64,000 bases of DNA from Chiloscyllium plagiosum (GCF_004010195.1 NC_057753.1:7374130-7438129); one strand, 5' to 3'; numbered from the stretch's first letter, positions 36,100 through 49,159 are shown. Program-made: numbers and translations. The notes: generated by a model not told the origin, from the letters alone.

Positions 36100-37582
36100 A
36101 GGGGGTCCTGTGGGGATGAGAGAAACTCACGGTTGGTGTCTTGCCTCCCAGGTGCCAGGGTTCATGATGTCTCTGATTGTGTTTTATGGGATCCTTAAGG
36201 GGGAGGGGGAGCAGCCTCAAGTCATGGTCCACATAGGCACCAATGACATAGGTAGGAAGAGAGATGGGGATTTAAGGCAGAAATTCAGGGTGTTAGGATG
36301 GAAGCTTAGAGCTAGGACGAACAGAGTTATTGTCTCTGGTTTGTTGCCCGTGCCACGTGCTAGTGAGGCGAGGAATAGGGAGAGAGAGGAGTTGAACCCG
36401 TGGCATACAGTGTTTTAGCTTTTATTAATATAGGGATCGAGTTCCAGAACCATGAGGTTATGCTATAGCTGTACAAAACTTTGGTGCAGCCGCACTTGGA
36501 GTATTGTGTACAGTTCTGGTCACCGCATTATAAGAAGGATGTGGAAGCTTTGGAAAGGGTGCAGAGGAGATTTACCAGGATGTTGCCTGGTATGGAGGGA
36601 AGGTCTTACGAGGAAAGGCTGAGGGACTTGAGGCTGTTTTCATTAGAGAGAAGAAGTTTGAGAGGTGACTAAATAGAGACATACAAGATAATCAGAGGGT
36701 TAGATAGGGTGGACAGGGAGAGCCTTTTTCCAAGTATGGTGACGGCAAGCACGAGGGGGCATAATTTTAAATTGAGGGGTGAACGATATAGGACAGAGGT
36801 CAGAGGTAGTTTCTTTACTCAGAGAGTAGTAAGGGTATGGAATGCTTTGCCTGCAACGGTAGTAGATTCACCAACTTTAAGTCCATTTAAGTCGTCATTG
36901 GACAGGCATGTGGATGTACATGGAATAATGTAGGTTAGATGGGCTTCAGATTGGTATGACAGGTCGGCGCAACATCGAGGGCTAAAACACTGTATGCCTT
37001 CTTAACAACCCTGTCAATCTGGGTGGCAACTTTCAAGGATCTGTGTACCTGGACACCGAGATCTCTCTGCTCATCTACACTAACAAGAGTCTTACCATTA
37101 ACCCAGTACTTTGCATTCAGGTTACTCCAACCAAAGTGAATCACCTCACACTTGTCCTCATTAAACTCCATTTGCCACCTCTCAGCCCAGCTCTGCAGCT
37201 TAATGATGTTTCTCTGTAACCTACAACATCCTTCGTCACTATCCACAACTTCACCGACCTTAGCGTCATCTGCAAATTTACTAACCCACCCTTCTACGCC
37301 CTCATCCAGGTCGTTTATACAAATGACGAACAGCAGTGGACCCAACACCGACCCTTGCAGTACACCACTGGTAACTGGACTCCAGGGTGAACATTTCCCA
37401 TCAACCACCACCCTCTGTCTTCTTTCAGCAAGCCAATTACTGATCCAAACTGCTGTATCTCCCACAATTGCATTCCTCCGCATTTTGTACAATAGCCTAC
37501 TGTGGGGAACCTTATCGAATGCCTTGCTGAAATCCAAGGGTTGTCTCTACTCCCCTCCTTGAACAGGGGAACCACATTTGCT
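36100..37582. mobile_element. Rearranged CR1: ORF1 esterase piece (+), 3' end (+), RT piece (-)
   Basis: 36100-36400 HIGTNDIGRK; 36402-36982 ORF2 C-terminus (+); 36983-37536 DFSKAFD..FADD..AYSVLA (-). Confidence 0.88.
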
Positions 37583-37584
37583 AT

Positions 37585-38055
37585 AGATGCAGGTGGTAGT
37601 GATAGGCCGGGGGAGGGTGGAGTGGATAGGTGGGAAGGAAGGTGGGCAGGGAAGACAGTTCAAGAGGGTGGTGCTGAGTTGGCAGGTTGGATCTGGGATG
37701 AGGTGGGGGGAGTGGAGATAAGGAAACTGGTGAAGTTGTCATTGATGCTGTGTGGTTGAAGGGTCCCAAGGCGGAAGATGAGGCCTTCTTCCTCCTGTTG
37801 TCGGATAGCTTGGTTTTGGTGGAGGAGGAGGCCGAGGACTTGCATGTCCCTGGCTGAGTGGGAGTGAGTGTTGAATTGGTCGGCCACAGAGCTTTGGGGT
37901 AGTTTGGTGCGTGCATCCCAGAGATGTTCCGCCAGTTGGTGTCCTGTCTCCCCAGTGTAGAGGAGACCACAGTGAGAGCAATAAATGAGGTGTTTGGATA
38001 GGCAGGAAAATGTCTACTGGATGTGTAAAGATGCTGTGGGGCCTTGGACATCGGT
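37585..38055 (-). mobile_element. Penelope family B GIY-YIG fragment
   Basis: CGLLYTGET..VADQFNTHSHSARDMQVLGLL..QEEEGLIFRLGTLQPHSIN followed by a C-rich tract. Confidence 0.82.
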
Positions 38056-38664
38056 GACAATACACAGCTCACCTTCGTCTCAGCTCATGTGCTTTGGAAA
38101 TCCCTCTACATTCTTTTCTTATTTCCAGGCTGAACCATCATTCCGCATTCACGGCTGGCATCACACGTTTGAGATCCCGGTGATTTTGATGTGATCCCAT
38201 ATTCCTGGTTTTATTTGGTTGTAAATTCTGCAGATGTTGGAAATCTGAAACAAAAAAAGGAGAAAATATTGGTAATTATCAGCAGGTAAGATAATCACTG
38301 TGTTTCGGGATGTACTAATAAAAGTGGTGGGGAAGTTGACTTGCTGCAGAAGATCAGAAGTAAAAGAGAAATGAGCTCGAGGGTGAGAAAAACAGTTGCT
38401 GACAATGGGGCAGTAAAACTGGTAAATCAGCGACGTACTGCTGTACATAGGGCAGCAATGGAACTTGCATTTGGAATCAAGTTGCAGAAACAGGAACAAA
38501 GTAGGGAACGTGGTTACAGTACACATCATTGGAGTAGACAAAGTTAGATACAGGGGAAGAGGTTACCAGGAAGGACAGCAATGTGACAAAGCAATAGGTG
38601 GATGGGATTCTGATTCCTGGTAAAGATGCCACACCAGCCTCACACAGCGAATAAAAGCATAGCA

Positions 38665-39513
38665 CAGTACAACAGGATCTTGACCAGTTGGGCCAATGGT
38701 TGAGAAGTGGCAGATGGAGTTTAATTCAGATAAATGTGAGGTGCTGCATTTTGGGAAAGCAAATCTTAGCGGGACTTATTCACTAAATGGTGACATCCTC
38801 GGGAGTGTTGCTGAACAAAGAGACCTTGGAGTGCAGGTTCATAGCTCCTTGAAAGTGGAGTCGCAGGTAGATAGGATAGTGAAGAAGGCGTTTGGTATGC
38901 TTTCCTTTATTGGTCAGAGTATTGAGTACAGGAGTTGGGAGGTCATGTTGCGGCTGTACAGGAATTTGGTTAGGCCACTGTTGGAATGTTGCGTACAATT
39001 CTGATCTCCTTCCTAGCGGAAAGATATTGTGAAACTTGAAAGGGTTCAGAAAAGATTTACAAGGATGTCACCAGGGTTGGAGGATTTGAGCTATAGGGAG
39101 AGGCTGAACAGGCTGGGGCTGTTTTCCCTGGACCGTCAGAGGCTAAAGGGTGATCTTATAGAGGTTTATAAAATTTATGAGGGACATGGATAGGATAAAT
39201 AGGCAAAGTCTTTTCCCTGGGGTCGGGGTACTCCAGAACTAGAGGGCATAGGTTTAGGGTGAGGGGGGAAAGATATAAAAGAGACCTAAGAGGCAACTTT
39301 TTCACACAGAGGGTGGTACGTGTATGGAATGGGCTGCCGGAGGAAGTTATGGAGGCTGTTACAATTGCAACATTTAAAAGGAATCTGGATGGGTATATGA
39401 ATAGGAAGGGTTTGGAGGGATATGGGCCGGGTGCTGGCGGTTGGGGTATCTGGTCGGCATGGACGGGTTAGACCATAGGGTCTGTTTCCATGCTGTACAT
39501 CTCTATGACTCTA
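38665..39513 (+). mobile_element. CR1 3' fragment
   Basis: KWQMEFNSDKCEVLHFGK..FFTQRVVRVWN. Tail ctctatgactcta. Confidence 0.92.
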
Positions 39514-40281
39514 AGTACTGTAAGTGAAAGTGTCCCATCAGCAGGACGGTGGCTAACTGACTCCATTCCTCCGAGCCAAGGGACTACGTAATTAAAGTTG
39601 GCGAGATAAAGTCAATGGCGGTTCTTACGTCCAGCATTCCTCGCAGTGGAGAAAGCCCACTATCTGCGCGACAGGGAGGGTGCCGGGAGTGGGTGGGGCC
39701 TCCGCTCCCAGGGACAGAGACTGGGGGAGATGAATGTGGGACTGAGCCCAAGGAGAGGGATCAATCTGGGAGACAGGGAGTCATAGGTTTGGAGGGGAAC
39801 CAGAGAGGTAAAAACAGCTCATAGATACTGGAATTGTCTGAATTTTTTATCCTGTACTGACAGTGATGCCTTTTATAAACTCCTTTTACAGGCGATCAGG
39901 AAAGGGAACTCAAACTTTAGTATCGACGACAACGCTCATTTAACCGCGAGCTGGAAGTTATCAGCCTTACCCTGTGAAAGGAGAAATGTTACAAATCAAA
40001 TGCACAGGCAATTAAAAAGCATTGCACCCTTCACAGCCGAGAGGATTTACATGTTATAGATTTACAGAGATTCAGAGCACAGGGTCTGTACCACTCAAAA
40101 CCAGCAACCTAACTGCCTAATCAAATTTTCCAGCACTTAGCCCATAACCTTGTAAGCCTTGGCATCCCAAGTGTACTTCTAAACACATCGTGAAGATTTC
40201 TGTCTCTATCCCCCCCAAAAGACCATGAGTTCAACAGTCCCACCACCTTGTGGATTTGCTTTGTGTGTGGACGAGGCTTGA

Positions 40282-40917
40282 GGACAAAGCTCATTAAACC
40301 TGGAGACAGACAATGATGCCAGCACCACGGGGAAACCATGTAAATGTGGAGATTGTGGAAAGGCATTCAAATATCCATCCCTGCTGGAAATTCATCGGCG
40401 GAGTCACACTGGAGAGAAGCCGTTCACCTGCTCCCAGTGTGGGAAAGGATTCACCCAGTCAACAACTCTGCTGAGACACCAGCGGTTTCACACAGGTGAG
40501 AGACCCTTCGTGTGTTGTGCCTGTGGGAAAGGATTCACTCAGTCTTCTGAGCTACTGGTACACCAGCGGGTTCACACCGGGGAGAAGCCATTCACCTGCT
40601 CCAGTTGTGGCAGGGGATTTACTCAACTGTCCCAGCTACTGACCCATCACCGCGTTCATACCGGAGAGAGGCCGTTTGCCTGTTCTGTATGTGAGAAAAG
40701 ATTCACTAATTCATCCAACCTTCTGACACACTGCCGAGTTCACACTGGGGAGAGGCCTTTCATCTGCCCTGTGTGTCAGAAAGGGTTCACAACTTCATCC
40801 AATCTTCTGATACACCAGCGGCTTCACACTGGGGAGCGGCCCTTCACCTGTTCGACCTGTGCAAGGAGATTTAGTCAGCTTGCCCACCTGCTGACACATC
40901 AGCAAATTCACACATGA
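40282..40917 (+). CDS. C2H2 zinc finger ORF, 7 intact fingers, no in-frame ATG (gene or recent pseudogene)
   Basis: Open from TGA 40279-40281 to TGA 40915-40917: STTGKPCKCGDCGKAFKYPSLLEIHRRSHTGEKPFTCSQC..HQQIHT. Upstream branch point and acceptor tactgac..cttttacAG at about 39855-39891. Confidence 0.75.
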   Translation, partial: GQSSLNLETDNDASTTGKPCKCGDCGKAFKYPSLLEIHRRSHTGEKPFTCSQCGKGFTQSTTLLRHQRFHTGERPFVCCACGKGFTQSSELLVHQRVHTGEKPFTCSSCGRGFTQLSQLLTHHRVHTGERPFACSVCEKRFTNSSNLLTHCRVHTGERPFICPVCQKGFTTSSNLLIHQRLHTGERPFTCSTCARRFSQLAHLLTHQQIHT

Positions 40918-41346
40918 CTGCAGAGGTTGGGAATCTACCATCATTCCTCCTGTCTTTCTCATTGGGATGGATCAGGTACGTTGTGACAGTAACAGCTTCT
41001 TTCTGCTGATGTTACTCGCCATATCACTGGATCTGAATTGAGTTGAAGATTCTGGTTATGCCACTCATTGCTTTCTGAGATTTGTGATGCCCCTGCAAAA
41101 ATAGGATAATATCCCCGATTTCAGAAAGTCACAACAGAAATGAGTTTGCAACGAATATTAGTATTCTGCCTCAAACCTAAACTGGCCGCGGTAAAAATTG
41201 AAATTTCGAGTTCAAATAGTTTCCCTAAATTATCATCTCCAATTGGAAGGTGCTGATGAATTCTTACTGACCTGCAGATCCCACACATTGCCTGGAAACA
41301 TGGGAATGGGACCCATGGATTTCATTGGAAAGGAGGGATTCACTGA

Positions 41347-41490
41347 CAGTGACTGTGGGGCTGGTTTATATCAGACAGGAGGGGATTAGTGTCAGTGACT
41401 GTGGGGCTGGTTTATATCAGACAGGAGGGGTTCAGTGACTGTGGGGATGGTTGCTATCAGACAGGAGGGGATTGATGTCAGTGACTGTGG
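41347..41490. repeat. Minisatellite, ~46-bp unit x ~3
   Basis: cagtgactgtggggctggtttatatcagacaggagggg starts at 41347, 41393, 41433 and 41479. Confidence 0.85.
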
Positions 41491-41609
41491 TTTTTTATAT
41501 GTCAGAATGATACTTTCACCTGTGAATGTGTTTGATTTATATTAGACAGGAGCAGATTAATGACGGTGATATCAACCTTTTCCATGTTCTGACTGGCATA
41601 AGCTTTAAA

Positions 41610-41975
41610 AGGAAAATGGACATGCTGACCCACCAATGCCCTCACATGGAGAGAAACCATTCATATGCTACTTGTGTGGGATAGGATTCACTCAGTCATC
41701 TAATCTTCTGACACTCCTGCAAGTTCTTATTCAGTTGCTGCGTATGTGGGAAGGGATTCTCTCATTCATCGATTGTGCTGAAACACCAGCAATTTCAGTC
41801 TGAGGAGAGACTGTTCTCCTACTCCGACTGTGGGAAGGGTTTCACTCCATATTCCCATTTATTGAGACAGCAGCAAGTTCACATTGGCGAGGGGCCATTC
41901 ACTTGAACCTTGTGTTGGAAGAAATTCATGAACACGTCCGACAGTCTTGAGACACCGTTGGGTTCACAAGTGACT
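41610..41975 (+). pseudogene. C2H2 zinc finger pseudogene fragment (~4 fingers)
   Basis: gagaaaccattcatatgc..tgtgggataggattcactcagtcatctaatctt; tgtgggaagggattc; with stops and frameshifts. Confidence 0.8.
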
Positions 41976-42499
41976 GCAAAAGTTGGTATGATTGTAATAT
42001 ATTCGAAAGGTCATTGCATAGAAATAGGCCATTCGAGCAATGGTAGTCTGCTCTGAAAAGAACTATCTCCACCTTGCCCCCATTCCTTTCCCAATTTCTA
42101 CCTCCACAGCTTTGCAGGTTCCAGTGCTTCGGGAGCAGATCCAGATTCCTTTTTTACATGAGCTTCTGCCTCAAGCTAGGCAGTGAATTCCAATAAGCCC
42201 CCATTCTCTGGGTAAAAAACATCTCCCTAAAAGTTTGGATTCTGCTCTTAATCGTACCCAGGACTGGATGTTGTTCATTATATCAATCAGATGTTGTTTC
42301 TGCTGATGTTTAACATACTGGATAAATGTCAAATGAATCTGTTTTCTGTACGTTGTGTGGAGAAGTTTTTTCAATCAAAATGAAATTAATTAATATTCTT
42401 TTCACAAATGTTCTGTTTCTGGATTTTTTTCTTCGCTATTAAATTAAGATTTGTATTTCCGGAGGACCTTTGTTACTTCGGGAGCTGCCGAACCATGGA

Positions 42500-42680
42500 G
42501 GGAATGTGGCAAAATGCATGTGCACAGCAAGATCACCGACAGCAACGTGAGAGTGCCCGGTAATCTGTTTGAGTGATGTTGATCGAAGGACGGATATCAA
42601 TTCAGACTCTGGGGACAGTGGGACTGTTCTTTGAATTAGCACTGGAGGATTTTGTTTAAAGACCCTCATGAATGGTGAGG
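42500..42680 (-). mobile_element. Possible Deu-domain SINE remnant
   Basis: gcacagcaagatc..acagcaa..taatctgttt..gatgttga resembles the DeuSINE (AmnSINE/SacSINE) core as recalled. Not aligned. Confidence 0.4.
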
Positions 42681-44114
42681 CAGTATCCACAGGGGCTTAC
42701 TAACACCACGTGGAATTTTATATCCTTTCCATTCCTACTTATCTCACTTCACAGTTTTCTTGACAATCCTCTGAGTCTCCTCAAATTCCAATTTGTTACC
42801 GGACTTCTTTGGATTGGCGAGACCTTTTTAAGCAATGTTTCTGCACTTCTGCATCCCCGAGGACCTCCCTCACTCAACAGAATTTAATCCAAATTATCAA
42901 CAAAATGCTTATCTCTTTTTGTGGGTGGCCAGCCCTTAGTCAGGCTTGGGAGAGTCCCTGATGCACCGGGAAGAAACCTTAGGCTGGTGCCTCCTTTCTG
43001 TAGATCTCTTTCCAATCCTGCTCGCTGCGCTAGTGCTATTGTGGTTGACAGCACCTTTTAGGTATGACCAGGAGATGCAGAGAATTCCTCAAGATGATAA
43101 GCCTTTATTTGCAAACAAATGCTGTGGTCATCAGTCAACCCCAAAAGCCTGCGAACAGCGAGCGTATTCTAATGTTTATGTTGTTCACAAGGCCACACCT
43201 CTTCCAGCACCACTAATCCAGAATCTGGTTTCCAGAATCTGGTTTCCAGCATCTGCAGTCATTGTTTTTTACCACACCCTATCCCTGTTACATTAGCATA
43301 ACCAATCGCACTAAGCCTACATTATATCCCCTTAAACAATCAGACTCTGCCACAAATGTCTTCTGGATTGCTGCAGCGCTTCACTTTGGGCCGTGGTCAT
43401 CTTTCTTCACCTTTTGTCACCTGACAGGCTGTAGTCGCACAAGGCTGACTCGAGCACGCAACCCAGACTTTACACTTACGCAATGTCCCAGCATGTATTG
43501 CTCTGTAGTTATATATTCATATTCATCATAAAACCAGCAGCACAGAAAAAGATTTATCTTGTGCAGTAGTCTGTGAAAATTCGAGAGGCCAAGAGTTAAA
43601 GTAAAAATTGACAACCTTATTTCTTAACGCATAACAGAGAATAATTAACTAACAACAATTTACAACTCCTTCCTCAAACCTATCTTTTACCTTCCCTTTT
43701 ATAATGCTAATCCGATAAACCTCCCCCCTCGACTAAGCTTTACCAAATATTCAAGTTTTCAAAACCAGCCAGCTGTTGAATTTTCTATTTGGATCTTCCT
43801 CTGTCTTTTTTTGGTGGTGTCGCAGTTCTCCCAACTGTTCAATTTTCACCAGTCTTATACTCCCAAAGCATTGGATTGTGTTGTTGGCTTTTGAGATTGT
43901 CAATATACTAAATTCAAACTTGCTTGGAGTTTGATATTTTCCGTGGTATAATTTAAATTGATCGGCTTAATTCGAATGTTTTTGTCTCCAGGCAACCAGC
44001 TACCCTAACTGCTGGACCACATGTTACATTGTATCTTATTCAGTACACCTAGTGCTGTCAGGTAGTTCTGCTAGTTTTTAACTCTTAAAGGTACAGTACA
44101 CCGACATCTTCATA

Positions 44115-45545
44115 AAACCAATAATTTGCCACTCCCTTAGCCAAGCTGTTCCAGTACAATTGCAACACAGTTATCTACCAGACAATGTGAAAAATTGCCC
44201 AAATATTTCCAGTAAATAACAAGCAGGACACATCCAATATGGCCAATTACCACCCCATGGGTCTGCACTTGATCATCAGTTAAGTAATGGAAGGTGTCAT
44301 CAACTGTGCTATCAAAAACCACCTGCTGAGCAATAACCAGCTCAGTGATGCCCAGTTTGGGTTTTGCCTTGGCCACTCAGCTCCTGACCTCATTATAGCC
44401 TTGCTCCAAACGTGAGTGAAAGAGCAGAACTCAAGAGGTGAGGTGAGAGTGACAACTTTGGACTGCGAGTTTCAGCAAGGAGACTGAGATAAGCTGGAGT
44501 CAATGGGATCAGGGAAAGTCTCAGCAATGATTAGAGTCATACTTGACATCTAACAAGATGGTCACGGTTGTTGGACATCAGTCATCTTTTCACCAGGATA
44601 TCTCTACAGGATTTCGACAGAGTAATGTTCTGGGCCCAACCATCTTCAGCTGCACCATCAATAACCTTCCCTTTCTTGTAAGGTCAGAAGTGGGGATATT
44701 TGCCAATGATCGCACAATGCTCAGCACCATTTGTGTGTGCTCGCAGATGAAACAGTCCATGTCCAAATGCAGCAAGATCTTGACAATATCCAGATGTGGG
44801 GTGGCAAGTTACATTCACACCACACGAATGCCAGGCAATAAACACCACAAGCAAGATACAATCTAACTATCGGTATTTGCCATTCAGCAATGTTACCATC
44901 ACTGATTTCCCCCATTATAAACATCCTGAGAGCTAACAGTGATCATAACCTCAACTGTACTCATCACCTAAATGCAGTGGCTACACATTTACAGACCACA
45001 AGTCAGGAGTGTGAAGGAATACTCCCTACCTGCCGGAACGCGTGCAGCCCAATGACATTTAAGAAGCTTGACAGCACGCAGCATAAGCAGCCCACTGGAT
45101 TGGCACTTCATCCACGAACGTCCACTCCCTTCACCAGTGATGCTCATTAGCAGCACTGTACGCTATCTACAAGATGTACTGCAGAAATTCTCCAAACATC
45201 CTCAGAGAACACCTTCCAAATCCCCTACCACTTCCATTTAGTAGGATAAGGGCAGCAGATATATGGAACACCACCACCTTCAAGTTCCCTCCAAGCCACT
45301 CGCCATCTTGTTTTGGAAATACATCACAACACTGGGATATAGTCCAACAGGTTTATTTGGAAGCACTAGCTTTTGGAGCGTTGCTACTTCAGCAGGTGGT
45401 GATCATGAGATGAAGGAGCAGCACTCCAAGAGGCTAAAGAAGTCAGATCACCATTATCTATGCAAGGGCAACTAGGGACAGAGAATAAAAATGCATTCTG
45501 GCCAGCCACTGATGCCAATATCCCACATAATGAACAAATAAACAA
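44115..45545 (+). mobile_element. Degraded non-LTR retrotransposon (non-CR1 family) RT and 3' end
   Basis: RT motifs QSNVLGPTIFSCTINNLP..GIFAND and an A-rich end. A small Penelope family A piece sits at about 45320-45430. Confidence 0.75.
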
Positions 45546-46007
45546 AAGCTCAGGAAATGCTGCTCTTTCAGCAGATTGTGAACGGGAAGACTATACTTTG
45601 GAGATCATGTCCTTGTAGCTCAGAAAAGGTAGCAGTGCGTCGGTTTGGAGTAAGAGCAATTGTGCAGTAGGACTTGTGGTATGGTGGATGCACCTTCGTA
45701 ACATCACATAGTGGGATAGGTTAAACGAAAGGTTCAGTCTGTGATCGATGTCAAATATATCATGATCTTTGACTTTGCCTCGGCTCAGCTACTTCTAAAA
45801 AAACTCATCCTTCCCTCTGTCAAGTGCACACTTGACAATTCTCCAAAACTGTATTTCTGAAAGAGGTTCAGATAGTGAAAACCATGCTGCTACTGTCAGG
45901 ACGTGCACCACTCTACTTTCATTGTTATCATCTTTGACCTTGACTGAGAAAGAACCCCAATGGGGCAGTACCTTCAGCTGTAAATGTGCATGCTTGTTCT
46001 GCAGTTC

Positions 46008-47567
46008 GAAATGAGATAACAAGAATCCAGAGAAAGTATATTCCTGTCAGGCTGAAAGGGAAGTCTGGTAGGTATAGGGAATGCTGGATGACTAAAGAAA
46101 TTGAGGGTTTGGTTAAGAAAAAGAAGGAAGCATATGTCAGGTAAGGACAGGATAGATCAAGTGAATCCTTAGAAGAGTATAAAGAAAGTAGGAGCATATT
46201 TAAGAGGGAAATCAGGAGGGCAAAACGGGGACATGAGATAGCTTTGGCAAATAGAATTAAGGAGAATCCAAAGGGTTTTACAAATATATTAAGGACAAAA
46301 GGGTAACTAGGGAGAAAATAGGGCCCCTCAAAGATCAGCAANNNNNNNNNNNNNNNNNNNNNNNNNNNNNNNNNNNNNNNNNNNNNNNNNNNNNNNNNNN
46401 NNNNNNNNNNNNNNNNNNNNNNNNNNNNNNNNNNNNNNNNNNNNNNNNNNNNNNNNNNNNNNNNNNNNNNNNNNNNNNNNNNNNNNNNNNNNNNNNNNNN
46501 NNNNNNNNNNNNNNNNNNNNNNNNNNNNNNNNNNNNNNNNNNNNNNNNNNNNNNNNNNNNNNNNNNNNNNNNNNNNNNNNNNNNNNNNNNNNNNNNNNNN
46601 NNNNNNNNNNNNNNNNNNNNNNNNNNNNNNNNNNNNNNNNNNNNNNNNNNNNNNNNNNNNNNNNNNNNNNNNNNNNNNNNNNNNNNNNNNNGGGTTACCT
46701 CAGATTACAACAGGATCTGGACCAGATGGGCTGAGAAGTGGCAGATGGAGTTTAATTCAAATAAATGTGAGGTGCTGCCTTTTGGGAAAGCAAATCTTAG
46801 CAGGACTTATACACTTAATGGTAAGGTCCTAGGGAGTGTTGCTGAACAAAGAGACCTTGGAGTGCAGGTTCATAGCTCCTTAAAAGTGGAGTCGCAGGTA
46901 GATAGGATAGTGAAGAAGGCGTTTGATATGCTTTTCTTTATTGGTCAGAGTATTGAGTACAGGAGTTTGGAGGTCATGGTGCAGCTGTACAGGACATTGA
47001 TTAGGGCACTGTTGGAATATTGCATGCAATTCTGGTCTCCTTCCTATCGGGAAGATGTTGTGAAACTTGAAAGGGTTCAGAAAAGATTTACAAGAATGTT
47101 GCCAGGGTTGGAGGAACTGAGCTACAGGGAGACGCTGAACAGGCTGGGGCTGTTTTCCCTGGAGTGTCAGAGACTGAGGGGTGATCTTATAGAGATTTAC
47201 AAAAGTATGAGGGGCATGGATAGGATAAATAGACAAAGTCTTTTCCCTGGGGTCGGGAAGTCCAGAACTGGAGGGCATAGGTTTAGGGTGAGAGGGGAAA
47301 GATATAAAAGAGACCTAAGGGGAAACTTTTTCACGCAGAGGGTGGTACGTGTCTGGAATTAGCTGCCAGAGGATGTGGCGGAGGTTGGTACGATTGCAAC
47401 ATTTAAGAGGCATTTGGATGGGTATATGGATAGGAAGGGTTTGGAGGGATATGAGCCGGGTGCTGGCAGATGGGACTAGATTGGGTTGGGATATCTGGTC
47501 GTCATGGACGGGTTGGACTGAGGGGTCTGTTTCCATGCTTTACATCTCTATGACACTATGACTCTAT
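46008..47567 (+). mobile_element. CR1 3' half spanning an assembly gap
   Basis: ORF2 linker before the gap. After it, MEFNSNKCEV..RVVRVWN and the tail ctctatgacactatgactcta. Confidence 0.92.
46342..46691. other. Assembly gap (350 N)
   Basis: Run of n. Confidence 1.
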
Positions 47568-48349
47568 CTCAATGTCTTATGCCTCGATTTACCTGAGATT
47601 CTACGCGCAGAAGAGACAGCCCTGAGTCGCTCCACGGTCAAACTTTGATGGGATTCAAATCCTCATAATGTGATCATCTCGAGGTAAACTTTCATTGAGT
47701 TTGCTGTTCGAAAATTCCTGCTGCTTAATATCCCATTTACAGAGTTTACGAACGAGAATCCCTCACTGTCAGTACAGGATAGGAACTCAGAAGGGACATA
47801 TATCTTTTCTTTTGATTTTAATTTGCTATGTTTAAATCATGCCATCTATCCCCTTATAAAAGGAAAGCTGTGTGTGCCTCCTGGTGAACAGTGTCCCCTC
47901 TAAATATGATTGTCGTACCGAACACTGTCCCAACAAAGATAATGGACTATCAGCAAAACAATGCAAAAAAAAAAGCAGATGCTGGAGATTTCAACCACAA
48001 ATAAAGCTTTCTCAGAAAATTCGGCAGGCCAGCTGCAGGAAGAAAGCAGACTTAACATTTCAATCCCAGTGTCTGATGAAAAAATCATTAACTATTTTTT
48101 TTCTCTCGGGGACTGATGTTGATAGAGCTGCTGACGTTTGCCAGCGATTTCTGTATTTGTTCCCGGCCTAACCTCCTGTGGACAGCAGCCCTTATTGCTT
48201 TTGCTACATGCAGAGATCAGGTAGTTTCTAATTGCCACACTACAAACCAATCGACTCCCATAGTTAACTCGACTATAAATCCTCAAACTCAGCTTACTGT
48301 AATGACTCTATTCCTTTTTCATCTTTTCCGATGATGCCAACTTAGAAAG

Positions 48350-49070
48350 GGAGCCTGTGAAATGTCCATGTTCTTCCTTAATTGTGGATTGTCCAGCATC
48401 ATAGATAACAGGGCCCTCAACAGGTCCGGGTCACCTCCAGCACTTCAGCCCTCACTCCCTGTCCTCATGGTTCCCATCACCCTCATCCAGCATCCTGTCA
48501 GTATACACATCCAATTCATCATTAGACGCCATTTGTGCCACCTTCAGCGGCATTCCACCTCGAGACATATGTTCCCCTCCAGTCCACTGTCAGCCTTCTG
48601 CAAGGATCGTCCCAACTAGCATATCCTGATCCCCTCCTCCTTCACACTCAAATGCCCTCCAATGCCCTGTGGCAACTTCCTCTGCAACAGCAGATGGAGT
48701 AACGTTTGCCTGTTTACATCCATCCTCCTCAGAATCCAAGGGCCCAGACACGCAATCTCGGTGAAATAACGTTTTGCCTGCACTTTACTCAACCGAATCT
48801 GTTGCATTTGTTGTTCACAATATGGCCTCCTAAACAGTGGGGAAAGCGAAGTGGAGACTACTCTGTCCGCTAGAAGATCCCGAATTTCCAGTTGCCTGCC
48901 ACTGTGATGCACTATCGTGTTCCCTGGCCAATATCTGTATCTGCGGCTTGGAGCAATGCTCATCCTCAAGTCAGTGCAATATTGAGAGCAGCACCTCATC
49001 CTCCACTTGGGAATCCTGCAGCCTTCTGGACTCAATGTTGAGCTCAACGATTTTCAGGCTTGAGAAACCT
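48350..49070 (+). mobile_element. Degraded Penelope fragment (RT C-terminus / GIY-YIG)
   Basis: Resembles family B: tgttcacaatatggcctcctaaacagtgggg (CSQxGLLxxGE) and ctcatcctccacttgggaatcctgcagcct. Confidence 0.55.
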
Positions 49071-49159
49071 TCACATGTGCTTACCCCAGACTACATCTGC
49101 TCGGGATGCCATTCCATAGAAAACGAGAAAATTGAGGAAGCTGTAAATCGGATTTTATT

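Noticed and set aside
43520..44115. Possible Gypsy LTR fragment (also 59150-59520)
   Set aside because: Compositionally suggestive only. No clear TG..CA termini, TSD or PBS.
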